From contig NW_021833024.1 of NCBI RefSeq assembly GCF_006345805.1, positions 285,645 to 349,644 on the forward strand: a DNA stretch of 64,000 nt, given 5' to 3'. Numbering within the stretch: position 1 is the first letter of the stretch; each line of letters starts with the position of its first letter. Positions 14,961-27,219 of the stretch are shown here, piece by piece. Under the pieces are notes generated by a model, which made no database searches, had not been told where the DNA came from, and saw only the letters and a list, made by a program, of their open reading frames with translations. The position numbers and the translations under genes were made by a program. This DNA comes from Octopus sinensis. Lineage: Eukaryota.

Positions 14961-16587
14961 CTACTAGGAATCCGCTGGCCAAAAAAGATGAGCAACGAAG
15001 AACTCTACATAATTATTCATACATCTGAGATCGCAAAAAAGTGATTTCCAGGAAGTGACTGCTTTTTGGACATATTCTAACAGCCTTGCAAATAACACCA
15101 GCCAATCAGGCCATGAAATCTTACTTTGTTTACCGAACAAAAGAATAACATTACCCACCACGCTCGACTATGAACTCAAGTCGATTAGAAGAAAACTAAA
15201 ATCGGTCGATTATCTGGACGATCTGAGAGATTTTCCACAAAATAAGAAAGAGTGGAAACAAATAACAGGGCATATCCTCAGTCGCATGGGAAAATTGGAA
15301 TCTTAATTAACCTATTGATTTCGTGAGAATTGCACTAATAATATCCGAGTGCCTGAAATCAACATCCATCAATTTCCTACACTGTAAAACTAATTTTCTT
15401 GCAATAGAGAAACATCTAAATATAAGTTCCTATTTGACACAATTCCTTTTTGCTTTGCGAGATTCCTACCACCCTTGATCTGCTCTAAATGTTCAAATGA
15501 CAATTGTCGTTTATTTAATAATACTCCTGCAAAAAAATACACCCGTATCCTTGCTAAAAGCAATGCCCTAAACCAATGGTCATATTCATTGAAATGAATT
15601 CAAGATTACATTTCAACGTTGACTATTCTAAAATTGACGCCGAACTCCGTCCTCAATAAACTTCCACCGGATGTTTACCTCTTCGCAATGCTTCTTGACT
15701 ATTATTTTCTGTGCTCTTTTCCGCTCTGGCCATCATCATTCATCAAATTACTACGCTCAAAAAATATAAGATTCAATCTCTCCTTTTTGTAACCTTTGCT
15801 GTATTAATTTAATTCGATACTCCAAATATAAAAAATTCAAAACAAAACAAATGAAATAGACTATCAACGTCAGATACGTCGGAGTGTCAGATTGGTCACG
15901 TTTGAAATTTCCAATAAAAGTTACATTTCTCGAATATTTTTTCCTATGTGGCCTTTCGGCCGGGGAAAATTTGCAATGGCATAATTATTTCCCAAATCTG
16001 GAATTTAATAATAACCAGATCTCAATCTGAAAATCTTTTTTCTTAGTGATGACAGGAAGGTTTCTAAGTAGTCTTGATCAGCGGATAAGCGGATGATATT
16101 CTACTTAGACCCATTAAATAAAAGTTCGATATCGGAAAAACAATACATTATACAAACTTTTTCCGACCGTGGGCAAACTTTTTCAGACGGACAGCAAAAA
16201 AAATGAGAGAAATTCTAGCAAACGATATTAAAGTACCCAAAAGGAATAGATACAGGGCGCTCGGTTTTACAGAGGAACAACAAGCACATTTCTAAAAAGG
16301 CAACTTTTCAGAGCCCTAAAAGTTTGACGCATGAAATGTTGAAAAACCTTTCACAGCGAAAACAGACGCTTCCTGGTTTCAGGAGGTTCATATTGTTACA
16401 TAAAGCACAGGCACAGAAATAGAAAAGATGATCAAACAATGAAATAAAATAGAGGACGCCAAAAAAGGGATAGCTAAGAATAGGAATACGAATAAGAGGA
16501 AAATCGGAAAAAGGGAATAAAGCGAATAAAAAAAGAATAACGTATAATATTCGGAAATAAAATATATAAATATACAGTAACTTTTAA

Positions 16588-18476
16588 TTATTTTTTGTTT
16601 ATTTTTTTATAAACCAAAGTGCGCGGAACATTTTGAAAATTTGAAAAGCATTCCAAATCTCTAACCCAGAAGTCTTTTAGTTTTGTAGGGTCATTAGAGC
16701 TAAAATAACAATGACTAAAACAGTACCAGTTATTCGCCAATAAATTTGAACGCCTTCTCCAAATATAAACAGATGCACCAAATATAAAAATTCCAACAAT
16801 CCCAAAAACGACCAAAAATACTGCTACTTTTGATACAGATTCAACTAAATTTATGGCACTAGAAATACTCACCAGAATTTATTAAAACTTTTATTGTTTG
16901 ATTTACTTGTGATGTTTCATCAGATACGATACAGGTTAAAGATATTACTTCCTGTTTCATTTTTCGGAACTGCTTGGACGACAGGGTAAATAAAAACTCA
17001 CTTTCGACTTCGGAATTTATTGTTAAATAGTTTTGATTTCTTGTATCACTCTTTATCAATTCGTTGTTATATAACCAGTTTATCTGCAATTTATAAATTG
17101 GATCGACAGTTCCCCAGCATTTAATAGCATGTTGGTCGAATTGACTTATTTCGACTAGTGATGAGTGCGACATGAAAATTGTTGGTTTTTCTGTTACTTT
17201 GAGGTAAACAGTCCTTGCAGCTTTTCCGAAATCGTTTTTTATAAGACATCGAATACTCATTGATTGAGTTATATTGTAGAAAGTTAATATGGTGCTATTA
17301 TGATTCAAAGACACCTCAAAAGAATACAATTTTGTTTCTAAATCTAATAAAAACACAAAATACGATATTCCTCAGAATCCAGGTACCACTTTATTCTAGG
17401 CTTTGGGTATCCTGATTTCGGAAAACATTCAAAGATTGCTGTTGCTCCAGTAGTAGCATTCAGTGAATGAAATGTGTCGGAAATAGAAGGCAATTCTGTG
17501 AATATTTTATACAATCAAACCGTAAAAACTAACTGTGAAATTAAGGTCGTAGTTATATAAAAAATTATTGCTTAACGAAGCGATCCCATAAAATTCATAT
17601 GTATCTTCTCTCTTCTGTGGACTCAACGTTATCTTGTTGAAGCCCATAAAATGTTCATCCTGATAATACAGTATTGTATAAACTCCCCTAAAAAATATAT
17701 TTTAAAAAAAACCATCCAAAAAATATACAAGGAGTAATTTTATGGAAACTTCGAAACTCAAGTTTTATATTTTGTCCTCTTGGAAAAAAGGGAACTGCTT
17801 TAAAGTTGGTTTCTTTTTTGTTTAAAATTATCAAAAAAAACTTGTAATAGCATATCTGAAATTGAATAACATTTTTCCGTGGTTAAAATCGCACATGTAC
17901 TGAGAAAACGAGTCAGTTTCAAGAAAATATCTGATGTACAAGTCGTTGTCCAATTCAAATATTCGGTTATCACTTTGTGGAAGAAGTTTAAAGAATTCAG
18001 ACGAAATGTAATCTTTTTTGAACCAGGTGCAGTTATCATTAATGCCCTTAGTCTTGAGAATTGCAAACGGGTGATGATGAGTATAAAAATCTAAACTCGT
18101 CAATCTAAACTCGTCAAATATACCGTTTTCTAGATTTAAATAATTCACTTTAAACGGAAGAGATGTTTCTTTTCCACATTTATTCTCGACAGTGCATTCA
18201 AACACTTGTGCGTCGACTGATTTTTTGTAGAGAACAAGATTTTTTCCCTCCGTATGATACAATGAATTATTAAAGTTAATGGGAACCCCGTCTCTAGTCC
18301 ACCTAAATGTGTCATATAGTATTTAAATACTTGTAATTATCAGAAGATGATGATTTGATTGGGCAGGTTATGCTGTTGTGTTTTTTTATAAAAATAAAAT
18401 TCGTCTCCAACATTTCCATTACTGGAGGAAAACAAAAAGCTTTAGTCTGAGCAATTAATATGAAGAAATAATACAT
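16588..18476 (-). CDS. Ig-superfamily single-pass membrane protein, paralogue 2
   Basis: MYYFFILIAQTKAFCFPP signal. Colinear with paralogue 1 (CTVENKCGKETSL vs CSVENECGRETSL; DNDLYIRY vs DNDLYIKY; PRGQNIKLE vs PRGQDIKIE; CWGTVDP vs CQGTVDP) with shared intron positions. TM VAVFLVVFGIVGIFIFGASVYIW followed by RRR. Confidence 0.8.
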
Positions 18477-18599
18477 TCAGATTTATTACCGTCTTTTGGA
18501 ATTATATTGGCATTTATTGTAGCTAAATTTGGCTAACTTCCTAAAAATCTTGAGTTTATCATAATTGACGTTATTTACTTTTTTGATTAAAATTATAAT

Positions 18600-19250
18600 T
18601 AAAGACTTAATAATTTGCCTGTGGTTTACCAAGTAAGTTAGATCTATCAATTCAAATGGATTTGGAAACGTTCACGGGGAACCTAATGTCCACCGAAAAA
18701 AGGACCATTCGATTTCCTTCCCTTGAAGACATTTTTGTCCCAAAGCGATGCACTTTGCGTAAGAATTGACCTTCCCGGAAAAAATTCCGGACCCATAGAA
18801 GTGGAAAACACTTTACTGCTTTTCAGCAAAACATAAATGGATTAAATTGGACTGACACGTGATTATAAGTGTGACAAGTGTCAAAGTCACTCACTCAGCT
18901 CGCGACATATTAAAATTAGCGTTTATCTTTTTTGGAATGGAAAAATTGCAAATTGGGCCTTCGCTGAGAACTCTTTCCATAATTTTCTGCTTTATTGTAA
19001 AATAAGATTGTAAACATTCCTGTTACATTATACGAATTCCAGAATTGCTATTCCAGTAAATAGAATCTGCAATAGTTTGCATTTCACTTTTGTTATATAT
19101 GAAATAACTAGTTTCTGCTTTTGAAATCTTTAAGGTATAAGCGGTCATCAATAACAATAAACTTTGTGGATTTTTCGAATTTTCAGTCAGTGAAGAACTC
19201 AAAAACCATCTATTTTAAAAAATGAAGAATTAACAAAGCTCGCGAAAATA
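18600..19250 (-). mobile_element. Ginger-like integrase remnants with an internal element end at 18907
   Basis: Frameshifted PRERFQI..LIDL and zinc-binding-region fragments; nucleotide similarity to 55800-55980; terminus ...GCTCGCGACA|TATTA at 18907. Confidence 0.55.
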
Positions 19251-19679
19251 TATCTCGACTCTTGTACATCTTTCTTCCTGCTGATGAGATACAACATCGG
19301 ACCAGCAAAGCTTTTATATGTACAGTAAAACCTCTCGAATACGCCGATTTTTTGGTCGGTCCCAAAATTGGCGAAATATAACGAATGGGTTGTCAGAAAT
19401 ATAATGTAGTATAGAAATTTTTTCGTTGATAGAAAGTCTAACAGAACGACGCATCACAAAAATACAATTTAACGCGTAATGAAAATTTTAAAATGTAATT
19501 AATTTAACTTACAATTAGATAAAAATTATTTTTTATAATCTTGAGGAGCAGATTCGCGAAACAAGCGAATTCAAGAATTATTTACACCCCTCGACAAAAA
19601 ATTTGGTTATTTAATCTTCTTGAAAAAAAACTTTAATACAGTCAAATTAATTATAGATAATTAAATGTCGTGAACTTGA

Positions 19680-19995
19680 GGGTTAGTCCGACGACGAAGC
19701 ACTGCGGATAGAGAGGCAGTTCCCGCGAAGAATTGCACCGAGATGCGCTGGAAAAGCCAGCTCGTCTCCCTCCGGTCATTTGTATTCTGTGAGATTCTTC
19801 CTCCCACAACCCGTAACAGATTTTCTACCTTCTTTCTCCAACCACACCGGAGGTCTCAAAGACTAGGGTGACAAACTCAACGACGTTCGGAAGCACAGCG
19901 TACTTCGTCACTTTCCTTCTTCTGTCTGCCAGCGCACATGCGTAGCCTGGTACTGGCTGTTCTGTGAGCACAGTATCTGAAAAGGAGTCGACGCA
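19680..19995 (-). mobile_element. CRE-like non-LTR retrotransposon 3' fragment
   Basis: FVTLVFETSG...DRRETSWLFQRISVQFFAG, matching the RLE-domain end also seen at 47170-47287 and 51814-52203. Confidence 0.7.
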
Positions 19996-20193
19996 ATCTT
20001 CCTGCTTTTTTTTTCATTTAAAACGAATAAATTCATCTTTAAGATCCTTTAGATCTTCTAAAATAATATTATTTTGTATTTATAATTAAATAGATTTAAA
20101 TTTTAATATTGCAAGAAATTTAAAGCATGTCGGCAATTAGGTTAGTGACATAAAAATTGGTTTATAAATTTTAACCGTCAAATTATGCTAGTA

Positions 20194-20797
20194 TGTCGCG
20201 AGCGCAGCGAGCGACCGGCGCAGCGAGCGACCACTCAATTTCTAGATCCGATCAATCAAAAAATCTATAAATTGACAAATACCCAGGCTTGTTATTTGGG
20301 ATTAAATATATTCGATAACAAAAATAAAATCGATGCCAAAGCAGAATGAGCTTTAAAACAACCGATTTCATAAATAAAAATATATTTTAAAATTATAATT
20401 GATATTTTAGAATAATGAGAAAAATCTAAATGCTTCAAATTTATAAAATGTCAAAACAAGAATCTTCTGAAGGAGCAAGCCTGTCTGCACAGTTCATTTT
20501 TGATTAAAGACCTAATTTTAGAGATTAAAACGAAAAATAGCAATGAGATCTGTCAAATTATTACCCCCCTCACAACCTAAACCAAATTAGCGTTCAGTAT
20601 TCATTGATTTTAACTTTTTCTATTAAGGTTCTACTTATAAATTATTTTATGGGATTCAATGGAAAACTTAAGTTATTTCAATTTTAATTTTAATCATGTT
20701 AAAATTTTAAATAATTTAATAAATATATTTGTTGATGATAGGCTTGTTACGTGTCAAAGTTGCGTCTAGCGCTCGGTCGCGCGCTGCGCTCGCGACA
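20194..20797. mobile_element. Non-autonomous Ginger-like element (604 bp)
   Basis: TG...CA ends; TIR TGTCGCGAGCGCAGCG(A/C)GCGACC; perfect 5-bp TSD TAGTA (20189-20193 and 20798-20802). Confidence 0.85.
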
Positions 20798-22249
20798 TAG
20801 TATTTAGAGATTGATCTTATAAAAAATATTTTTAGGATAATACTCCTCGATTCGTTTATGAAAGGGAAAATAATTGCGCTAAACGACTTAAATATGTCAT
20901 ATATAAAATTTCTAAAGAAACCGGTGTTCCATATTCACAGTCGTAAATTTATCAGAAATACAATAAAACTGGATCATATGACCGCCACATGGTTCTGGAA
21001 GACTATCATTTTGAATAATGTGCAAATTTAATCATTTGGTACGCACATCAGAGGAAAATTCATCTTTAACTACTGCTTCTGAACTCTCTAATGAAATATA
21101 AAAGTTTTCTGGCAACACGTGTCTCGTCTCGAACCATAATACGAAATTTAAATAAAAATGGAATTTTCGGAAGAATTGCAAATAAAAAACCACTTCTAAC
21201 AAAAAAACACATGGTTTCCAGATTCCAAAAATCTTTAAAATTCAGACCATTATTTTGGATCAATAATCCTTTCCTGATGAATGTATTTTTTAATTATTAA
21301 ACGACCCAAAAAAGAAAAATTGTGTATAGAAAAATTTAAAAACCTAATCCTAAAATATTACTCAACTGTCAAATTTGAAAAAGGTAATTGTGATGTAATC
21401 AAAATTAGGAAAATCATGGTGTGGGGTTGTTTTTTCCTATCATGGGGTAGGCGATTTGGTATTTATAGACAAGACGCTTAATGCTGCAAAATATCATCTA
21501 TTTTGACAATAATTTGCCATATTCTGCACAAAAAATGAAGATTGTTATATATTTTTCACCCCAGCCATCCCATCAAATGATTATTCAATATTTTTGCGAA
21601 AAACATATTAAAACATTAGAATGTCCTTCGCAATCTCCGGATTTAATCCCGATAAAGCATTTGTGGGCTTATGAAGGTTCAAATTAGGCAAAGAAAACAT
21701 GAGAACATTAAGGCACTGAAGGAAAATCTATTAGATATTTGGAATTCTATTCCATCAAAAACACTTGAAAAATTAGTTGAGTCAATGAAAAAAAGGTGTT
21801 GGAGATCTATTCGGCAAAGGAGGTTATTCTACATATTATCTCACAATAACCAAATTTTATGCCATGAAAGTCGTTGTTTTTTTCCAAATTTCTTAGACAA
21901 AATTTCAAAATTTAAATAATTAAATTAATTTTTTATCAATTTTATCAGATTTTAAATATATCTGAAGAAAAAATTAAATCATTCTTTGTATGAATGAAGT
22001 AAGTTGTAGATTCACCAAATTTATGTCGAGGGGTGTATAGGAAATTTCAAATTTTTGATGAAAACAAGCGGATTCAAGAGGTTTTACTGTACACCGATTT
22101 TCACCCTGCTGCGAACAATACGACAGTCTACTTTTGATAGACAAATCTCTTAAACAAACTTTTAAGTCACTAATCAACGTCCGCTTGACGAACTTGATTG
22201 GAAGCAAGATTTGAAGTGCTTCCCCTAGATTTGAGGTGTCGGTCTTAGT

Positions 22250-22900
22250 CGGTGCTGGAGATCTTGTACCTGGCATATCTATCGTCTCTCTCAAGTTGTA
22301 ACCATTTTTCACGGCAAGTCCTTCATCAAATTGTTGGACTTCACTGGAATAAATCATTTGACGAAGCGTGTCGGAAATGGAACGAGTCCGGACTCAAAAT
22401 CCCCGAAAACACAACGAAGCAAAGTAACTGGGATAACATTGTCTGCTCCAAAATTTTGGAAGACCTTAAAAAAGAAGCACATCAACATCGTCTTGCTTGA
22501 TTGGTGTCAGCTACAAGTGGATTACGCCACGGTGCTCCGAACCATGTGATCGTTAGAGCTCTGAAGGCTACAGGGTTCCCAGCACAGCTAGAACCAGTGC
22601 GTTTCGATCGAAGATATGGAAAGAGACCTGAAGATCTTTGGTCTGGGACGCAACTTGCGTTGACACATATTCAAGCACAAACCTCCTTAAATCGGTTCAG
22701 ACATATGGAGCAAGTGCTTTAATCGCGCAAAATCTGATAATCAAAAATATTCCTCCCTTGGAGACCGATACAGATTTACCCCTGTAGCGGCCAAGTCATC
22801 GGGAACCGTTGGCCCAAAAAGTGCTGAGTTCTTGCGCGAACTCAAAGAAATGTTTCTCGTAAAGAAGAGGGATCAACGAGAAGGGTTATGGCTAAGATAA
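22250..22900 (+). mobile_element. CRE-like non-LTR retrotransposon RLE-domain remnant
   Basis: RH..NHVIVRALKATGFPAQLEPVRFDRRYGKRP and DRYRFTPVAAKSSGTVGPKSAEFL. Confidence 0.75.
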
Positions 22901-23097
22901 AGCGGTGAATTTGTATTTTAGCGTCAGGTGAGAGACCTGCTGCTTTGATAAATATTGTTGAAACAACTCTGCCCACTTCATACTTGTTGACTTTGGATAT
23001 TTCACATTATCCACATGTCATTGACCATTCCTGATGCTGTCTGAGATAGAAACAAAGTATTTGCATCGAAAATATGACAGAGAACGTGCCATGAGGG

Positions 23098-23850
23098 TCA
23101 TTGGATGGTCGGGGGAAAGAAAGGAAAAATCAAAGTTCCATTTTTTGTCCAAAGCAGAAATTCTTGGAATATCTTCTCTTTATCAACTAACGAGGTCCGC
23201 CACGTGAATTCGTCCAAATAAGACTCAAATAACGATCGCGATGTTCCTAAAATAAATTTACGAGTTTTACCAAATTGCCTTTTTAGCTTTCTCTTCGCTC
23301 GCATCCATGTGTTCACAATATTTTGAGTATGGATGGAGCGGTTTAAAGGGTCAACATTTATCACAGAATGTGAATAAATCCCTCCTCCAATCTGCCCAAT
23401 CCCATTATAGGCTGCCCAACCATCAGTAATGATATGGGTGCCGGGAAGTATGCGTCGAACGATAATTTCATTAAGTGTTTTCGCTGTTCTGTCTAAAGGA
23501 TAAATGGAAAAAAGAACCTGCAACTTCTTCAAAAAAGCACTTTCTAGTTTCTCTGTCTATTCCACCCAATACCCAATGGCCTGGTCGCCAATAACCTCGA
23601 TGGTACTTTCTGTGAAAAAATTTACACTCGTCGATTTCCACTATCGACTCGTCTAAAAATTAAAATTAAATGAATTACGTAATGTATCTTCATTGACCAC
23701 AAGTCCCCCAAGTTTAATAGGAGCATTTGCAAGAGACACCGTAATAAGTTCTCTGTAAAAGTTCGTCTAATCTGTAATCGTATTTTGCGAAATTTCTAGT
23801 TCGTACGAGATAAGATTTCCCTGGTAATTTAATGCTCACATATACGTAAG
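23098..23850 (-). mobile_element. Merlin / ISXO2(IS1595)-like transposase remnant
   Basis: VEIDE..F.HRKYHRG...WVLGGIDR; ILPGTHIITDGWAAY; HTQNIVNTWMRAKR; YLDEFTWR. Confidence 0.85.
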
Positions 23851-24219
23851 CATCAAAATTTACGTTAACGGTAATTACTTTTTAAAATTAGTTTAAGGAT
23901 CACTTACTGCAAAACCAGCTGTTCTACTTCGAGAAGTATTGCATGGAATACATAACCAAATTGCGTTGTCCACGTTCTTCTTGACTTAGATAAACGACAG
24001 CGTCTCTATTTGTGAGAATATAGGTCTTACTTTACAGCGAACGCATTTCATTGTGTTAGAGATCAACCGCCTCTCTGCGCACCAAATTACACACTCTTCT
24101 ATATTATCGCCGAAGAGCCTGTCTAGAGACAATAACCGGTTATATTCCTGCATGTGAATAAATCCCTATCTAAATTTCTGGTGTGGTGCAATCACTATTT
24201 TTAACACAGAGTCAGTGCA

Positions 24220-25860
24220 ATGAAGATTAATGAGGTAAATAAGAAAAACAGCCATCCGTGCGAAAAATGCAACATAATTAACACGAGAAAGAGAAAGATC
24301 ACTTGTTCAGCGTGCTCAAGGCTCTTTCACATGTCATGCGTAGGAGTTTCTAAGAAGGCCCTTACTAACATTTCCCATTGGCACTGTCATCTATGCCTTC
24401 CAGCTGGCACTGCTCCCTTCAATCAAACTGCTTGCACTGTGCCGTTGGATCACGAACGCCTACTTGACACGATTTCTAAATGGTCATCCTCAAGACACAT
24501 CCCCACAAGGATCCCCAGAGGAGCTCGTTTAACCTTTGCCGACTGCCTTTCAGCCAGCATTGAAAGCGCATTATCATCGAACGACATCAGTTACTGGATC
24601 CGCCTGCTTTGTTTAGCCCCTTGTGTTTTGGGTTTACCTTCTGGTTCTACAATTCGTGGTAGATCTTTGTCATCGTTCGTCAAAGAAAACATACGCCTGT
24701 TCGATTCCGGACTTACAGTGATTGATCCCCCATTACAACCGGCTACTGTGAAGAGTCCTCGAAAGATACCAGAGGATACACTTTCTGAAGAGATACATTT
24801 ACGGAGGACCATTCATTCTAAATTATTTGAAAAGGGAATACGCTCGGCTTTGAGAGTGCTCTCCAGTGATAGTTCATTCCTGAAGCCTTCAATTGAGACT
24901 CATGAAGCTCTCCTGGATCGACATCCGGCCGCTCCAAGCGACTCACGAAATCCACCTCTCTTAGGGATTCTTTAGCCATTATCTGTCTCGGACGATGACA
25001 TTAAAGCCGGAATTTTATCCTTTGCTCCAAGCAGCGGGGCGGGTCTAAACGGGCTAGACCAGGACATCTTAAGGACCTAATCTCGCCGGACACTGGAAAC
25101 TCGGGATCACGGCTTCTTTCGTCGATCTGTTCTCTTATCAACAGAATGCTTTCGGGAGATCTTCCAGAGCTAGTCCGTCACTTTTTCTTCTCTGCAAAAC
25201 TGATCGCGCTAGAAAAGAAACTGATCGCCCTCGTCCATGGCCCTTACCATATTTCTTCGTCCTCGGGGGTTCAACAAGGAGACCCATTGGGTCCTGTTCT
25301 CTTTTGCCTTGGAATTAATCACATTGCTAAGAGCTGCTCAACCCCGCTGAATGTTTGGTACCTTGATGACTGCACCCTCGGAGGTCATCCCGAAACTGTC
25401 TTCAAGACGCTCGTTGACCTAATTCCGAGACTTGAATGCGTTGGTCTTATATTGAACACTTCAAAAAGTGAAATCATTAATTTTGGGTTCCGTCGTGATG
25501 AATTCGAGGTTATTGTTTCCTCTTTCAGTGAGATAATTTTCGGAGCGTCCATCACGCCCAGTATCAGTCTGGAGATATTAGGCTGCCCATTGACAGATGG
25601 TGAAATCAAGGACGTTCTTGAAACTAAGGAAATGCTACTGGAAAAGACTTTTGTTCGTCTTAATTTGTTGGACCCACATACAGCCTTCTTCCTGCTCAAA
25701 AATGCCCTTGGCATCCAAAAATTAAATCATGTGTTACGAGGGTCACCCTGCTTCTTAGAAAATGATCAACTTCATTCTATTAATGTCCTTTCCCGGAAAA
25801 CAACCGAACGCATCATAAACATCAAATTCGACGATCTGATTAGCGTGAGAAGGAGTCGCC
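24220..25860 (+). mobile_element. CRE-like non-LTR retrotransposon, internally deleted; N-terminal PHD finger plus RT
   Basis: C4HC3 finger CEKC...CSACSRLFHMSCVG...WHCHLC; IPRGARLTFA; SGAGLNGL; SSSGVQQGDPLGPVLFCL; VWYLDDCTLGG; KLNHVLRGSPCF. Confidence 0.85.
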
Positions 25861-26399
25861 TTCTTTCGCTTTGCGGTCAACCTGATAGCCTTGTAACCAG
25901 AAAATGAAGGCGTAGGATCGTTCAGAGATAGCTTAGTCTCTTGCATCATAGCCATGCAGGTTTGTCAGAAGTGAACGCAGTTCCGGATTTTTTAAATCCC
26001 ATTAATGTTTAGACGGAGAACCGTAATGTATTCTCTGATACAGCCAGCTGGTTTCCCGGTGGTCAAACGTCTTCTTTTTGATCAGTTTCCCAATTATAAA
26101 CAGAATCCTCTTCCCGGCCTGCCTAATTGATAAATTATAATTTTTAAAAATAATGTTTAATCTTTTTTGCAAAAAAATTTTTTCCCGTAAATTAGACATT
26201 ATTTTTTCCTTAAGGAATAAAAATCATTTAATAGTTCTGGAGAAAGTTTACATGTTTTCCTCCATTTGATTAATAACACTCAGTGGATCAATGATGTCCG
26301 TTGATTCAGGTCCATTATAAAAATTTATTTCTCCTTCAAAACATTCTACGGGTAAAAACTTCATTCATCATTTCGGTCATGTCCGTATGAATTTCTGTG

Positions 26400-27050
26400 C
26401 TGATATTTAAGCTCTTTACTTTATTATCATCTAAAATATATGGAATAAAAAGATCAGATGTTTGAGAAGTTATCGGACAGTGCGTTTTTGTGAGGCAATT
26501 TAAGTAATTTAATTTTTAGACTAAACGGTTAATGGCATCTAAACCTCCTATTACACCTATAATTGTTTATGCTCCACAGGACAAATATTGTTGATCTCGT
26601 GAATCTACGAAGAAACTTGAAATAAACGATTCGTTCTCATGGGTTCAGCTTTCTATATATTTATAGAAAGATTTTCGTACTTATTGACTCTTTCTCCAAA
26701 TTTTGTGTAGTTGAAATTGCAAACTCAAAATCTCTAGTTGACATTTCTGATATTATAAAAGGGATTTTCTGTGTAATTGGGCAGCCGATTAGGGGCATTT
26801 TTAGAGTCAATCAGATGAGTTTTTAACAAAATTTTAGTATTTATAAAAGCTGATCCATTAAAGTTTTATTTTTTCCGTAATTTCAACCCAATTAGAATTA
26901 ATCCTTGTTATATACGTTAAGAAAGGATACGATGATAGAATATTCGCTCCGAGAGGGAACGGCTTAATAACATAATAAATCGCTGAATTTGGATTATTTC
27001 CAGTTTAAGGAATTTCCCCTGTATCTTATGTTGGTTTCGAAAACTCTTTG
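26400..27050 (+). mobile_element. Ginger-like integrase (rve) remnant with a probable 28-nt intron
   Basis: IVDLVNLRR...NDSFSW|gttcag...gaaag|IFVLIDSFSKFCVV...IIKGIFCVIGQP; multiple stops and frameshifts. Confidence 0.65.
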
Positions 27051-27219
27051 AGATTACCTTTCAACTTCTCAATTTGCACATTTAGTACCTCAAGACAAGT
27101 TTTGAATTTATAAATTTTCATTTTGCGCCAGGAGTTACCCACAGTTACTGATATCCTACAAAAAAATAATCCACCAAATCAGACAAATAAAAACGACATT
27201 CAATAAATGATACAAACAA

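Larger units (their letters stand above)
19585..22035 (+). mobile_element. Tc1-like transposon, degraded, with nested insertions
   Basis: TIRs TA|CACCCCTCGACA..AATTTGG and CCAAATTTATGTCGAGGGGTG|TA; transposase fragments GRIANKKPLL, MVWGCF, PSQSPDLIPIKHLW at about 21090-21900. Confidence 0.8.
19323..22089. mobile_element. pogo/Tigger-like non-autonomous element (outer shell of nested insertions)
   Basis: TA|CAGTAAAACCTCTCGAATACGCC at 19323 and its inverted copy GCGGATTCAAGAGGTTTTACTG|TA ending at 22089. Confidence 0.6.

Noticed and set aside
20194-20797. Solo LTR (TG...CA with 5-bp TSD)
   Set aside because: It has long GC-rich TIRs sharing the TGTC(A/G)CGAGC start with the integrase-bearing element at 52466; no PBS, PPT, gag or RT is associated.
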